Shown: positions 19,817 to 29,757, numbered from the stretch's first letter. The stretch is DNA of 64,000 nucleotides from an uncultured Actinomycetes bacterium (GCA_963841215.1 CAWJBW010000001.1:5332-69331); one strand, 5' to 3'. The notes: generated by a model not told the origin, from the letters alone. Made by a program: numbers and translations.

Positions 19817-20071
19817 ATGCGAACATTACGGAGCAACTTGGCTATCGGTTCTCTCTGTCCGCGCACGCACAGACAAAATTCCGCCGTCGCTCTACGTTCC
19901 GCCCATGTCCACGATGATTCGTTGCGGGGTGAGCGTTGTGGGCGGGTGCGGGCTGAAAACTCGTAAGAGCGGAGGTGCGGCCGAGTTGCTCGGCGGTGAT
20001 GGCTCGGACGAAGATCGTTCGAGACGGGTAAACGGGACCGAGATCCGGTCCTCGAGCGGGAGGAAACAGTC

Positions 20072-21234
20072 TTGGGCGGCGTACTGCGACGTATCAGTGC
20101 AATTGGAGTCGGCGTGCTCCTTGTATCAGGAGTTGGTATCAGCGCCGCCGAGGCGGCTCCGAAGGATCGAGTGCTCCCGTGGTTCCCGGGCACCGAAGGA
20201 CCGACCGTTCTCACGAGCGGCTTGAACAACCCGCGCCAGATCCAGTTGGTGAACGGCGACGGCGTCCTGCTCATCGCCGAAGCGGGCAAGGGCGGCACTG
20301 ATTGCATCGGTGAGGGTGAAGAGGCCCAATGTGTCGGTGCGACCGGTGCGGTGAGCACCGTCATCGCGCCGCAGTTCGGCGACAACCGGCCGGCGCGGGA
20401 GGTCGTCTCCGGCCTGCTCTCCTTCTCCGGCCCCGACGGCTCGTTCGCAGTCGGCTCCGACGGCGCCTCCGCCCGTTCGCTCGGCCGGATCAAGGTGATC
20501 GTCACGGCCGGTGCACCCGACCTGCCTCCCACGGTTCCTGCCGAACAAGGGGGCAAGCTCCTCGACGCGCGACCGCACGGTCCGATCAACGAGCAAGCCG
20601 ACGTGACGGCCTACGAGGAAGCGAACGACCCCGACGGTCAAGGCGCCGAGTCGAACCCGTATGCAGTTCTCGCGCTGCGGGGCCGCACACTCGTCGCCGA
20701 CGCCGCCGGCAACTCGATCGTGTCGGTCAGCGACTCGGGTGAGATCTCGACGTTCGCGGTCCTGCCCAACATCACGACCGGCCTGTGCGCCGACGTGCCG
20801 AACGACGCCGGCACGACCGGTTGCGACTTCGTACCGACCTCACTCGCACTCGGTCCCGACGGCGCGATCTACGTCGGCGGGCTCGGCGCCGAGACCCCGG
20901 GTGCCGGCAGCGTGGCCAAGCTCGACCCGGACACCGGTGCCATCCTGCAGACGTGGGACGGACTGTTCACGGTGACCGGCGTCGCGGTCGGACGCGACGG
21001 CGCGATCTACGCGAGTGAGCTGTTCGGTGGTGACCCGAGTGCACCGGTGCCGGGGCAGCTCACGCGCATCTCGGCCGACGGCTCGCGCACCAGCAAGGCG
21101 GTGCCGTTCCCCGCAGGCGTTGCGGTCGACAAGTTCAACAACGTCTTCGTGGCGGCGTTCTCGGTAGCACCGATGCGGGCTTGGGCATTCCGGATCAGGA
21201 CACGTCCGGTCAGATCTGGCGTCTCCGCTTCTGA
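20072..21234 (+). CDS. ScyD/ScyE family secreted beta-propeller protein (C-terminal frameshift near 21175)
   Basis: Signal peptide ending AEA; SGLNNPR, IAEAGKGG, ESNPYAV, VADAAGN, VPTSLALGPDGAIYVG; true end GQIWRLRF-TGA. Confidence 0.82.
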
Positions 21235-21352
21235 GCTCCTGAGCGGTACAGCAGTGGTGTAGATGGCGGTGCGCACGTGCGCACCGCCATCTGCGCGCCG
21301 TGGAACATCTGCGGTCGCGAACCGGTGAGCTCGCGATTGCGTAGTGCGGCGT

Positions 21353-22235
21353 ATGACGGCTACTCCCACCCTCGAACAGCTCGAACCGCCCGCCGGCCTC
21401 CGCGGCCTCGCCGGCCGCCATCGACACCTATCCGCTCGGCCGCTCCGACGCCGAGACCCGGCGCCTGATCCTCCAGCACCAGATCTACAGTCCGCTCACG
21501 CGGCAGTTCCTCACGTCGGCCGGCATCGGACGGGGCATGAAGGTCCTCGACCTCGGCAGCGGCGCCGGCGACGTCGCACTGCTGTGCGCCGATCTCGTCG
21601 GTCCGCATGGTCAGGTCGTCGGTGTCGACGGGAACGGTGCCATTCTCGACTTCGCGCGCCATCGCGTCCGTGCCGCGGGTTGGGGAAACGTCGAGTTCGT
21701 CGAGGGTGACGTACGGGACCTCGACCTCGCGGAGGACTTCGATGCTGTCGTCGGGCGCTGGATCCTCATGTACATCCCGGAGCCGGCCGAGCTCCTGCGC
21801 GCGCTGACGGAGCGCCTGCGACCGGGAGGGATCATCGCGTTCCAGGAGAGCGCGAACCTCAAGGCGGGCGTACAGACGTATCCGTCGACATCGCTCCACG
21901 ACGAGCTCCGGCGGTGGCTCGCGCCTCCGGTCGATCCGCCGATGCCCGTCTTCGACATGGGCCTGCGGCTCTATCGCACCTACCTCGACGCCGGTCTCGC
22001 CGCACCCGAGCTCCGGCAGGAAACGCCGATCGGTGGCGGGCCCGACTGGCCCGGCTATGCGATGCTGGCCGAATCGATGCGCAGCATGCTTCCCTTCATG
22101 GAAGAGCTCGGCACGGTGACGGCCGAGGAAGCCGACGTCGACTCGCTCGAAGATCGTCTGCGCGCCGAGGTGTTGGAGCAGCACGCGGTGCAGATCCTTC
22201 CGACCGTCGTCGGTGCCTGGGCCGCGAAGCGCTGA
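21353..22235 (+). CDS. Class I SAM-dependent methyltransferase (N-terminal frameshift near 21410)
   Basis: YPLGRSDAETRRLILQ, VLDLGSGAGD, FDAVVGRWILMY, LRPGG. Confidence 0.88.
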
Positions 22236-22281
22236 CCACGAGGGCGCTGACGCCGAGGGTCTTCAGCACGAGGGTCTTCAG
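22229..22281. repeat. Degenerate 15-bp tandem array (about 3.5 units) spanning the spacer between two convergent stop codons
   Basis: GCGCTGACCACGAGG / GCGCTGACGCCGAGG / GTCTTCAGCACGAGG / GTCTTCAG. Confidence 0.8.
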
Positions 22282-23258
22282 TCGTCCGTGCGGCGGGCGC
22301 GGGCTCGGCGTTTTCCTTCGTGCATCGCCCGCACCCGAGCGATCGGGATGGCATTTCCTTCTGCGACGAGCTCGGCGCTGAGGCCCTGGGGGCTGGGCAT
22401 GTGTTCGACCCACGGGTCCGCATCACCGAGGCGCTCGAGCGCAGTGTGGACGGTGAAGTCGGCGGGTGCGATGTCGTCGAGCTCGTCCCAGCTCAGTGGG
22501 AACGACACCGGCACACCGGGCCGGACGCGCGGGCTGTACGCCGCGACGACGGTGGCGCCGCCGGCGCGGGTGGAGTCGACGAACACCTTGCCGTGGCGGT
22601 CCTCTTTGATGAAAGCCGTCGTCGCGATGTCGGGATCGAGTTGTTCGGCCCGCGCCGCGATGGCACGGGTGGCACCGGCGGCGTCCTCGAGGGACACCTC
22701 GTCGTCGATCGGCACGAACACGTGCACGCCCTTGGCGCCGCTGGTCTTGACCGCACCTTCCAGACCGACATCGGTCAGCGCCCGACGAACGAGGTGCGCG
22801 ACCCGCACGACCAGATCGAAGTCGGCGCCCTCGGGCGGATCGAGGTCGAGGACGAGATGCGTCGCACGGTCGGGGCGTGCGACCGTGACCAGGGTCGGGT
22901 GGTACTCCACCGCGCGTTGATTGGCGAACCACAGCAGCGTGCGGCGGTCGTTGGCGACCGCGTAGTTCACCTCGCGCTTCGACGACTCCGCCCAGAACGG
23001 CACCGTCTCGATCCAGTCGGGCGTGTACTTCGGGACGTTCTTCTGCATGAAGGCCTCTTGGCCGCGATGCACCCGGATCACCGACAACGGACGGTGCTCC
23101 AAGGCCGGGATGATCCGCTCGCGCACGCCATCGAGGTACTCGACGAGGTCGCGCTTGGTCGCGCCGGCGCCGTCGAACAGCGACTGGTCGAGGTTGGTGA
23201 GGGGCACCCCGGCGCGTGATTCGTCACTGCCGCTGGCCTTTGCACCTTTCGCACTCAC
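22278..23258 (-). CDS. Stand-alone LigD polymerase domain (AEP primase-polymerase)
   Basis: TKRDLVEY, FMQKN, EYHP, LVLDLDP (DxD), KTSGAKGVH, AYSPR, PVSFPLSWDEL; no ligase or phosphoesterase domain. Confidence 0.9.
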   Translation of the reverse strand: MSAKGAKASGSDESRAGVPLTNLDQSLFDGAGATKRDLVEYLDGVRERIIPALEHRPLSVIRVHRGQEAFMQKNVPKYTPDWIETVPFWAESSKREVNYAVANDRRTLLWFANQRAVEYHPTLVTVARPDRATHLVLDLDPPEGADFDLVVRVAHLVRRALTDVGLEGAVKTSGAKGVHVFVPIDDEVSLEDAAGATRAIAARAEQLDPDIATTAFIKEDRHGKVFVDSTRAGGATVVAAYSPRVRPGVPVSFPLSWDELDDIAPADFTVHTALERLGDADPWVEHMPSPQGLSAELVAEGNAIPIARVRAMHEGKRRARARRTDD

Positions 23259-23357
23259 GGCACGAAACGCTAGCGACCTCGGTCATCGAGGGTTCCCGCG
23301 CACCGTCGCTACAGGTAGGGTCGATCAGTCACGTTCGACATGCGAGGGGAACAGAAC

Positions 23358-23877
23358 ATGGGCAGGCGGCACATTCTTGTCGGAGCAATGATCAGCGCGA
23401 TGGCTCTCACGGGCCTCGCCGGTACGGCGTCGGCGGCTCCGGCACCGAAACCGTCGGTGGGCTACGTCATCGGTGCGGTGCGGATCGACCCGAACGATCC
23501 CACCGTCGCGTACGTCAAGGCCGTGTACCGGTGCACCGAGGCCGACCCCGTCAACGATCCCGCAACCCTGTGGGTGTCGGTGAAGCAGAACGACGCCGGC
23601 ACGCGCGACGCCGAGATCTCCGGCGAGGGCAGCGGTTGGGGCGGTGTGGCGACGCGCTGGGAAGACAGCCACCGCAACACGCTCGATTGCGACGGACGCC
23701 TGCACATCGGGACCTTCACGATCGACCAGATCGAGGGGAAGCAGGGCTACGACACGCTGACGCCGCGGACTCGGCTGGGTGCAGTTCTGCCTGTTCGACG
23801 ACACGACACCAAAGGGTGATGGCGAGACCGACTTCGGGGAGCCCATCTCCTCGATGGTGTGGAGGATCGTCCACTAA
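23358..23877 (+). CDS. Secreted hypothetical protein (frameshift near 23765)
   Basis: RBS GAGGGG; signal peptide MGRRHILVGAMISAMALTGLAGTASA; YRC...LWVSVKQ...CDG...WVQFCLFD; GC3-rich codons. Confidence 0.65.
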
Positions 23878-23884
23878 CGGCGTC

Positions 23885-24595
23885 TCAGTCGGTGGCGAAC
23901 ACCAGGTTCTCGGTCCGAGCGGTGCGGATCGCCCACGACACGGTGAGCGCGATCGCGCTCGTGGTGATCCCGAGGCTCACGAACGTCTTCAACAAGACGT
24001 ACGTCGGTGTCGACACGCTGACGAGGAGCGCGAACGTCGCGGCCGCGCTGACAAGGTGCACTCCCGCCCACAGGACGGTGAGCACGGCGAAGAGGCGCTC
24101 GATCGACGGGAGACTCGCGATCTCGGGCGAGAGCGGACAGAAGTCGTGTGCGAGCCGGCCGATGATCGGCCGCCCGATCCACAGCGACGCGAGGAACACG
24201 ACCGACAGGGCAAGGGTCGTCACGACTGGTTGCAGGAAGTAGATGAACGTGCCACTCATGACGCCGAAGATCGTTCGTGTTGTGAGACCGAGCACCGCCA
24301 GCACGAGGACCGCCGGCACCGGCTTGCCGGAGAGGACGCGACGAGCGATCGCACCGTAAGACCACGACAGCGCGGCGATCATCGCGACGCCCGGACCGAA
24401 GTGCACGAGGCAGACGTAGAAGAGGACAGCCGGGAAGAGCGTTGCTTCGATCAGCGAAGGGAGCGACCGGCGTCCGATCACGGCCAGCACGTGCAGCTTC
24501 GACAGCGGGCGGACGTCGGGCCCGTCGGCCGACGCCGCGACGAGCAAGGACCGCGGCGGCGAGCTCGCGGCCTTGCCGACTTGATCGGCGATCAC
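23885..24595 (-). CDS. VC0807-like integral membrane protein
   Basis: LIEATLFP, multiple TM helices, YFLQPV, SLWIGRPIIGRLAHDF, LTVLWA; GTGA overlap with the upstream gene. Confidence 0.72.
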   Translation of the reverse strand: MIADQVGKAASSPPRSLLVAASADGPDVRPLSKLHVLAVIGRRSLPSLIEATLFPAVLFYVCLVHFGPGVAMIAALSWSYGAIARRVLSGKPVPAVLVLAVLGLTTRTIFGVMSGTFIYFLQPVVTTLALSVVFLASLWIGRPIIGRLAHDFCPLSPEIASLPSIERLFAVLTVLWAGVHLVSAAATFALLVSVSTPTYVLLKTFVSLGITTSAIALTVSWAIRTARTENLVFATD

Positions 24596-24834
24596 GAACT
24601 GGCGCGACGAGCGACGGTGCGACGAGGGAACGGGGATTCGCGATCGAAGCGACGCGCATCGGTCACGGCGCGTTGCTGGCGGCGCTCCAGGAAGCAAGCG
24701 TCGAGCTCTTGCTCGATCGCTTTGAGGCGCTCCTGATCCTTGGCAGCCAGGCCGAAACTGGCGCCGGCCTTGTCGAAGAGCGTGCCGCGTTCGACGGCGA
24801 GCCGCGCCATGCGACGGTCGAGATCGGGCTCCAT
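24592..24834 (-). CDS. Small protein, DUF2630-like
   Basis: RBS GAGGA; QERLKAIEQELDACFLERRQQRA resembles the DUF2630 core from memory. Confidence 0.55.
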   Translation of the reverse strand: MEPDLDRRMARLAVERGTLFDKAGASFGLAAKDQERLKAIEQELDACFLERRQQRAVTDARRFDRESPFPRRTVARRASS

Positions 24835-25042
24835 TGCTTCCTCAGTTCCGATCCCGTGGGGTCGACCGAACGTAGCGACCCGGGGCACGCCGCCGAAGGA
24901 GCGAGAAGCGAGCAGCATTCCCACGACGTGGGAGGATCCTCAGCCTATACCCGCAGTTCCTCGACGCCCGACTCGGCGCGCGTACACTCGGGGCAGCGAA
25001 CCGGTCGAATTCGTTGAGCGGTCGTGATCAGAAACGAGTGGA

Positions 25043-25243
25043 ATGGCTACAGGTACAGTCAAGTTCTTCAATGCCGAGAAAGGCTTCGGCTTCATTTCGC
25101 GTGAGGGTGGCGACGACATCTTCGTGCACTACTCCAACATCTCAGGTGACGGATACAAGTCGCTCGACGAAGGCCAGCGCGTCGAATTCGAGATCGGCCG
25201 CGGTCGAAAGGGTGACGAGGCGCAGAACGTCCGCGTCGTCTGA
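25043..25243 (+). CDS. cspA: Cold-shock protein
   Basis: [18 protein letters not shown] (RNP1), DIFVHYS (RNP2), 66 aa. Confidence 0.97.
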   Translation: MATGTVKFFNAEKGFGFISREGGDDIFVHYSNISGDGYKSLDEGQRVEFEIGRGRKGDEAQNVRVV

Positions 25244-25253
25244 TCTTCACGGA

Positions 25254-25290
25254 GTGAACCGCCGGCGCGATGTTCACGTCGGCGGTTCAC
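25254..25290 (+). terminator. Hairpin terminator after the cold-shock gene
   Basis: GTGAACCGCCGGCG / CGTCGGCGGTTCAC, 14-bp stem with one G-U pair. Confidence 0.65.
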
Positions 25291-25314
25291 CCCGATCACT
25301 CCTCCTAGAACGCC

Positions 25315-26289
25315 ATGAAGCGACCGCCGTCAGCCGCGCAGCCACGTGAACGAGCTGACGGACCCCCCGTCGACGAGGTGGGAGCCTTCGAGCGACGGCT
25401 CCGAGTCGACGCGACGCTGTGGTCCGAGGCCGACGTCTCGACATCGCTCGCCCAGATCTTCCGCAAGGTCGCCGACCGACGCACCCGACGGTCCGGTGGT
25501 CGCATCCCTCCTCCCGCCGCAGTCGCGCCACCCGCCGCAATCGCGACCGCGACCGCGACGGCGACCGACAAGGCACCCGTGTCCGTCCCGGCGCCCGCGC
25601 CGACCGGGCAACCGGGGACGGTGCTGTCGATCGAAGATGTCGCGGCAGACGTTCGCATCATTCGCGTCGGGCGGCCGCCGGGTCTGCAGTTCGTCGCCGG
25701 TCAGTACGTCAAGCTCGGGGTGCCGGGGAAGCGGAACGCGAGTTACAGCTTGGCGTCGGCGCCGCACGAACCTCACCTCGAGTTCTGCGTCGAGCTGATT
25801 CCCGGCGGCCGGCTGAGCCCGTCGCTGTTCGCCTTGCGGGCCGGGGACGCGGTGACGTTGAGCGATACCGCGAAGGGCAAGTTCCTCCTCGAGTCGGCAC
25901 CGATCCATCTGATGGTCGCGACCGTCACCGGCATTGCCCCGTTGCGCAGCATGCTCCGAGACGCGCTTCATCGGGGAACCGCCGCCGAGTTCGTCGTGCT
26001 GCACGGCGCGAGTCACCAAGACGAGCTGCCGTACTTCGACGAGCTGACCGCGCTCGCGGGGTCGAGCGCGCACGTGACCTACCGGCCGACCGTGAGTCGA
26101 CCGACCGCGGCGCAGAACGCCGGCTGGGCGCAGGATGTCGGACGCGTCGACGATCTCGCGTGCCGCGTTTCGGCGACCGTCGACTCCCGGCGTACGCACG
26201 TGTACGCGTGTGGTCATCCGGAGATGGTGCGGCGCGTGCGGGGCGAGCTCGGCTCCTCGTTCCCCGTGTCGAGTGAGGTGTTCGACTGA
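25315..26289 (+). CDS. Ferredoxin-NADP reductase-like FAD/NAD-binding oxidoreductase
   Basis: FVAGQYV, SYSLASAP, GGRLS, ATVTGIAPLRSML, YACGHPEMV; about 100-aa Pro/Ala-rich N-terminal extension. Confidence 0.82.
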   Translation: MKRPPSAAQPRERADGPPVDEVGAFERRLRVDATLWSEADVSTSLAQIFRKVADRRTRRSGGRIPPPAAVAPPAAIATATATATDKAPVSVPAPAPTGQPGTVLSIEDVAADVRIIRVGRPPGLQFVAGQYVKLGVPGKRNASYSLASAPHEPHLEFCVELIPGGRLSPSLFALRAGDAVTLSDTAKGKFLLESAPIHLMVATVTGIAPLRSMLRDALHRGTAAEFVVLHGASHQDELPYFDELTALAGSSAHVTYRPTVSRPTAAQNAGWAQDVGRVDDLACRVSATVDSRRTHVYACGHPEMVRRVRGELGSSFPVSSEVFD

Positions 26290-26310
26290 AGCGCCGACCG
26301 GCGCTCGTTC

Positions 26311-26769
26311 TCAGCTGCGCGGGTAGGGGACCGGGAAGTCGTCGTTTCCGGGCCAAACGGTGATGAGCCGCATCCGGCCGTCGTCGGCGACCTCGCAGAA
26401 ATCGGTTCCGGGACCGATGCTCCCGTCGGGGTGCTTCCACACGAAGCTGTACCGGAAGAAGCCGTGGAACTCCTCGATCGGCGTGACCACCTCGACCGAG
26501 ACGCCACTGCCGGAACGACCGCGCGAGCTTGCCGTGCTCGCCTTCGGTGCATCCTCGGGCACGCCGGCCGACATCTGTCCGATGTACGCACCGATCATTT
26601 CGGACACGGCGTCCAAACCGTGGAGCCGGCCGAGCCGCGGGTCCATGAAGACGATGTCCTCGGTGCAACAGCGACGGAGAACCTCGACCCGTTTGGCCGG
26701 ATCGCGCTCGAACCAGGCTTCGCCGTAGATCACGAGGCACTGCGCGGGGGTCAGGCGTTCCGAAGTCAC
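26311..26769 (-). CDS. SnoaL-like/NTF2 fold protein
   Basis: YGEAWFERDPAKR...IVFMDP...GLDAV...RYSFVW...GTDFCEVADDGRM. Confidence 0.72.
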   Translation of the reverse strand: MTSERLTPAQCLVIYGEAWFERDPAKRVEVLRRCCTEDIVFMDPRLGRLHGLDAVSEMIGAYIGQMSAGVPEDAPKASTASSRGRSGSGVSVEVVTPIEEFHGFFRYSFVWKHPDGSIGPGTDFCEVADDGRMRLITVWPGNDDFPVPYPRS

Positions 26770-26795
26770 GACGCGATGCTCCCACACGAAACCCC

Positions 26796-26837
26796 GTGTC
26801 GGTCGGGCAACATGTCGGTCGGGCAGCGTGTCGGTCC
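26796..26837. repeat. 16-bp tandem repeat (about 2.6 units) in a divergent promoter region
   Basis: GTGTCGGTCGGGCAAC / ATGTCGGTCGGGCAGC / GTGTCGGTCC. Confidence 0.8.
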
Positions 26838-26896
26838 GGTGTTGGCGACGGCCGCGCGCGGACCGGTAGGTTCCGCCCACCACAGAGGGGGATCAC

Positions 26897-28303
26897 ATGA
26901 AGATGCGATCGGTTGCGCGCGCCGGGAAGCTCGGTGTTGTCGCAATGTTGCTCGTCACGGCCGCGGCATGCGTGAGCGGTCCGGTGAACCCGCCGAGCGA
27001 CATCTCGCTCCTCATCGGCCCCGATGCAGCAGCCCTCGGCTACGAGCGGTCGGAGTTCTTCCTCGCCGGCGTCGCGAATTCGTACACGCCCACCGCGCCA
27101 CTCGGGACCGACGGCAAGTGGCAGGTCGCGCCCAACCCCGACCCGGCGACGCGCGCTCCGTACAGGACCCGCTTCGTCGTGTACCGGCCGACCGATCCCG
27201 CGAAGTTCAACGGCACGGTCGTGGTCGAGTGGCTGAACGTGACGAGCGGCGTCGACATCCCGAGCGACTGGCTCTTCGCCCACAACGAATACGTGCGTAG
27301 CGGCGCCGCGTACGTCGGCGTCTCGGCGCAGCTCGTCGGTGTCACCGCGCTCAAGGCGAGCGGCCCGCGGTACGCGTCGCTCGTACACCCCGGCGACAGT
27401 CACTCCTACGACATCTTCACGCACGCCGGTCAACGGGTGCGCGACAACCCCACCGTGCTCGGAGGTCTCACTCCGGAGGTGTTGATAGCAGCCGGTGAAT
27501 CGCAGTCGGCGGGCCGGCTGGTCACCTACGTCAACGCGATCCATCCCCTGGCGAACGTCTACGACGGCTTCATGGTGCACAGTCGAGGTGCCGGCGGTTC
27601 CGCGCTGACGCAGGCGCCGCTGCCCACGACCTCGGTGCCGTCGCCGGCGCCGATCCGCAACGACCTCGCCGACCCGGTGATGGTCGTGCAGGCCGAAGGC
27701 GATGTCATCAACTCGATCGGCGTTCGCCAGCCCGACACGCCCAAATTCCGCCTGTGGGAGCTCGCCGGGACCTCGCACTTCGACGCCTACACGTTGACGG
27801 TCTCGACCATCGACGTGGGCGACGGCAGCGGTGCCGTCGCGATGTTCGACCGAATGCGCAACCCACCCGATGTCGGATGCGGCAACAAGATCAACGCCGG
27901 ACCGCATCACTGGCTCCTCCAGACGGCATACAGCGCGCTCGACACCTGGGTGCGTACCGGCACCGGTCCGGCGGCGGGCCAACCGCTCGTCGTGGCGTCC
28001 ACGGGACCGACGGTCCTCGCGCGCGACTGGGTCGGCAACGCGCTCGGCGGCGTCCGCACGCCGCACGTCGATGTTCCGATCGCCACGTTGCAAGGCACGA
28101 ACACCGGGCCCGGTTTCTGCCGCCTCTTCGGGAGCACGATCCCGTTCACGACGCAGCAACTCGCGGCGCTGTACCCGACGCACGAGGCCTTCGTCACGCA
28201 GTATGCGAGCGCGTTGGACGATGCGGTCACGAACGGGTTCATCCTCCCCGAGGACGCGCCCGAGTTGCTCGCCGCAGCGACGGCGTCGACGATCCCGAAC
28301 TGA
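26897..28303 (+). CDS. Alpha/beta hydrolase domain lipoprotein
   Basis: Lipobox AAAC; FNGTVVVEWLNV, nucleophile GESQSA, WELAGTSH, GNALGGVRTP. Confidence 0.82.
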   Translation: MKMRSVARAGKLGVVAMLLVTAAACVSGPVNPPSDISLLIGPDAAALGYERSEFFLAGVANSYTPTAPLGTDGKWQVAPNPDPATRAPYRTRFVVYRPTDPAKFNGTVVVEWLNVTSGVDIPSDWLFAHNEYVRSGAAYVGVSAQLVGVTALKASGPRYASLVHPGDSHSYDIFTHAGQRVRDNPTVLGGLTPEVLIAAGESQSAGRLVTYVNAIHPLANVYDGFMVHSRGAGGSALTQAPLPTTSVPSPAPIRNDLADPVMVVQAEGDVINSIGVRQPDTPKFRLWELAGTSHFDAYTLTVSTIDVGDGSGAVAMFDRMRNPPDVGCGNKINAGPHHWLLQTAYSALDTWVRTGTGPAAGQPLVVASTGPTVLARDWVGNALGGVRTPHVDVPIATLQGTNTGPGFCRLFGSTIPFTTQQLAALYPTHEAFVTQYASALDDAVTNGFILPEDAPELLAAATASTIPN

Positions 28304-28331
28304 ACCGATCACGACCTGAACCGATCATGAA
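28300..28331. repeat. 16-bp tandem duplication containing the stop codon
   Basis: CTGAACCGATCACGAC / CTGAACCGATCATGAA. Confidence 0.8.
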
Positions 28332-28353
28332 ATGCGCGGGCCCGGCCGCACGA

Positions 28354-29757
28354 TCAATGCCGGGCTGAAGCGTCGACTCCGGTTTCGGGGACGTACGAGC
28401 CGCGACCGTCGGGGCGATACACACCGCGTACGTCGCCGGCGAGGATGCCTTCGAGCGCGTCGACGGCCCGGTCCACTTCGTCGGCGGTGTTGTAACAACC
28501 GACGCTGAACCGCACCAGGCCCGGTGCGCCCTGCTTGTCGCCGTGGCGGGCGCGCGCCAGCCACGCGGCGGCCTCCCGGCGCGTGAGGCCGAGAAGATGA
28601 GCAACGTACGGATGGGCGCAGAAACAGCCGGTGCGCACGCCGATGCCGTGTTCGAAGTCGAGGATCGCGCCGACGAGTTCGTGGTCGTAGCCGTCGACGG
28701 AGAACGGGATCACGCCGGTCTTGTCGATAGCCGGGTCGGTCGGTCCGTGGATCGTGACACCCGCGAGCGCTCCGAGCCGTGCGTGCGCGTGCCGCGTCAG
28801 GTGCGTCTCGTGGGCGGTGATGCGATCGAAGCCGACGCGTTCGAGCATCGACGCGGCTTCGGCGAAGGCGATCGCGCCGAGGACGTTGGGGCTGCCGGCC
28901 TCGGCGCGATCGGGAAGGTCCGCCCATGCGACGTCGTCGAGGGTCACCGCGTGAACGGTCCCGCCTCCGACGTGGTCGGGTCGCGTCGCGAGCGCGGCTC
29001 GAGCGCCGACCAAGGCGCCGGCGCCGAACGGTGCGTACATCTTGTGGGCCGACATCACGACGAAGTCGAGGTGGCCGGGATCCTCATGCGTACGCATGTC
29101 GATCGCTCGGTGGGGAGCGAGCTGCGCGGCATCCACGACGATGCGGCCGCCGACGGCATGCACCTTCTCGGCCAAGCGATGGATCGGTGGCACGACCCCG
29201 GTGACGTTGGACGTACCGGTCACCGCGAGCAGTGCGATCCGGCCTGCGTGGCCCGCGAGGAGATGGTCGAGGTGAGCTTCGTCGAGCGTGCCGTCGGACC
29301 GCGACTTCACATGCACGGTGTGAGCCCGGGCGCGCCAGGGCAGGTCGTTCGAGTGGTGTTCGAGCACGGTCGTGAGCACGATGGCGTCGGGGCGCAGGGC
29401 GACCGTGCGGGCGAGCGTGTTGAGCGCTTCGGTCGTGTTCTTGCCGAACACGACGACGTCGCGGGCGCGATCGGCGCCGACGAATTCGGCGATGCGGGAA
29501 CGGGCGTTCTCGAACAACTCGGTGCTGAGGCGCGACCGGTAGCCGTTTCCGCGGTGCACGCCCGACGAGAACGGCAGGAACTGCTGCACCGAATCGCTGA
29601 CGGCACGGAACGCCGGTGTGCTCGCGGCGTTGTCGAGGTTGACGTGTGAAACCCACCGGCCGTCGAGCAGGGGAACCTGCAGGTCCGAACCCACCACCGC
29701 CCCGCGCAGATCGAGCATTGCCGGTGTTGTGCTCGGAGGGGAGAGCGTGCTCGTCAT
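28354..29757 (-). CDS. Class V PLP-dependent aminotransferase (cysteine desulfurase-like)
   Basis: NLDNAASTP, EHHSNDLPW, DAAQL, SAHKMY (PLP lysine), RTGCFCAHPY. Confidence 0.92.
   Translation of the reverse strand: MTSTLSPPSTTPAMLDLRGAVVGSDLQVPLLDGRWVSHVNLDNAASTPAFRAVSDSVQQFLPFSSGVHRGNGYRSRLSTELFENARSRIAEFVGADRARDVVVFGKNTTEALNTLARTVALRPDAIVLTTVLEHHSNDLPWRARAHTVHVKSRSDGTLDEAHLDHLLAGHAGRIALLAVTGTSNVTGVVPPIHRLAEKVHAVGGRIVVDAAQLAPHRAIDMRTHEDPGHLDFVVMSAHKMYAPFGAGALVGARAALATRPDHVGGGTVHAVTLDDVAWADLPDRAEAGSPNVLGAIAFAEAASMLERVGFDRITAHETHLTRHAHARLGALAGVTIHGPTDPAIDKTGVIPFSVDGYDHELVGAILDFEHGIGVRTGCFCAHPYVAHLLGLTRREAAAWLARARHGDKQGAPGLVRFSVGCYNTADEVDRAVDALEGILAGDVRGVYRPDGRGSYVPETGVDASARH

Noticed and set aside
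19861-19960. c-di-GMP-I riboswitch-like start (CACGCACAGACAAA)
   Set aside because: No following GNRA tetraloop stem or GACGCAAAGC-type segment; likely chance similarity.
20072-21234. Scytonemin biosynthesis
   Set aside because: Only a ScyD/E-family propeller; no scyABC or tryptophan genes. Stand-alone copies are common in actinobacteria.
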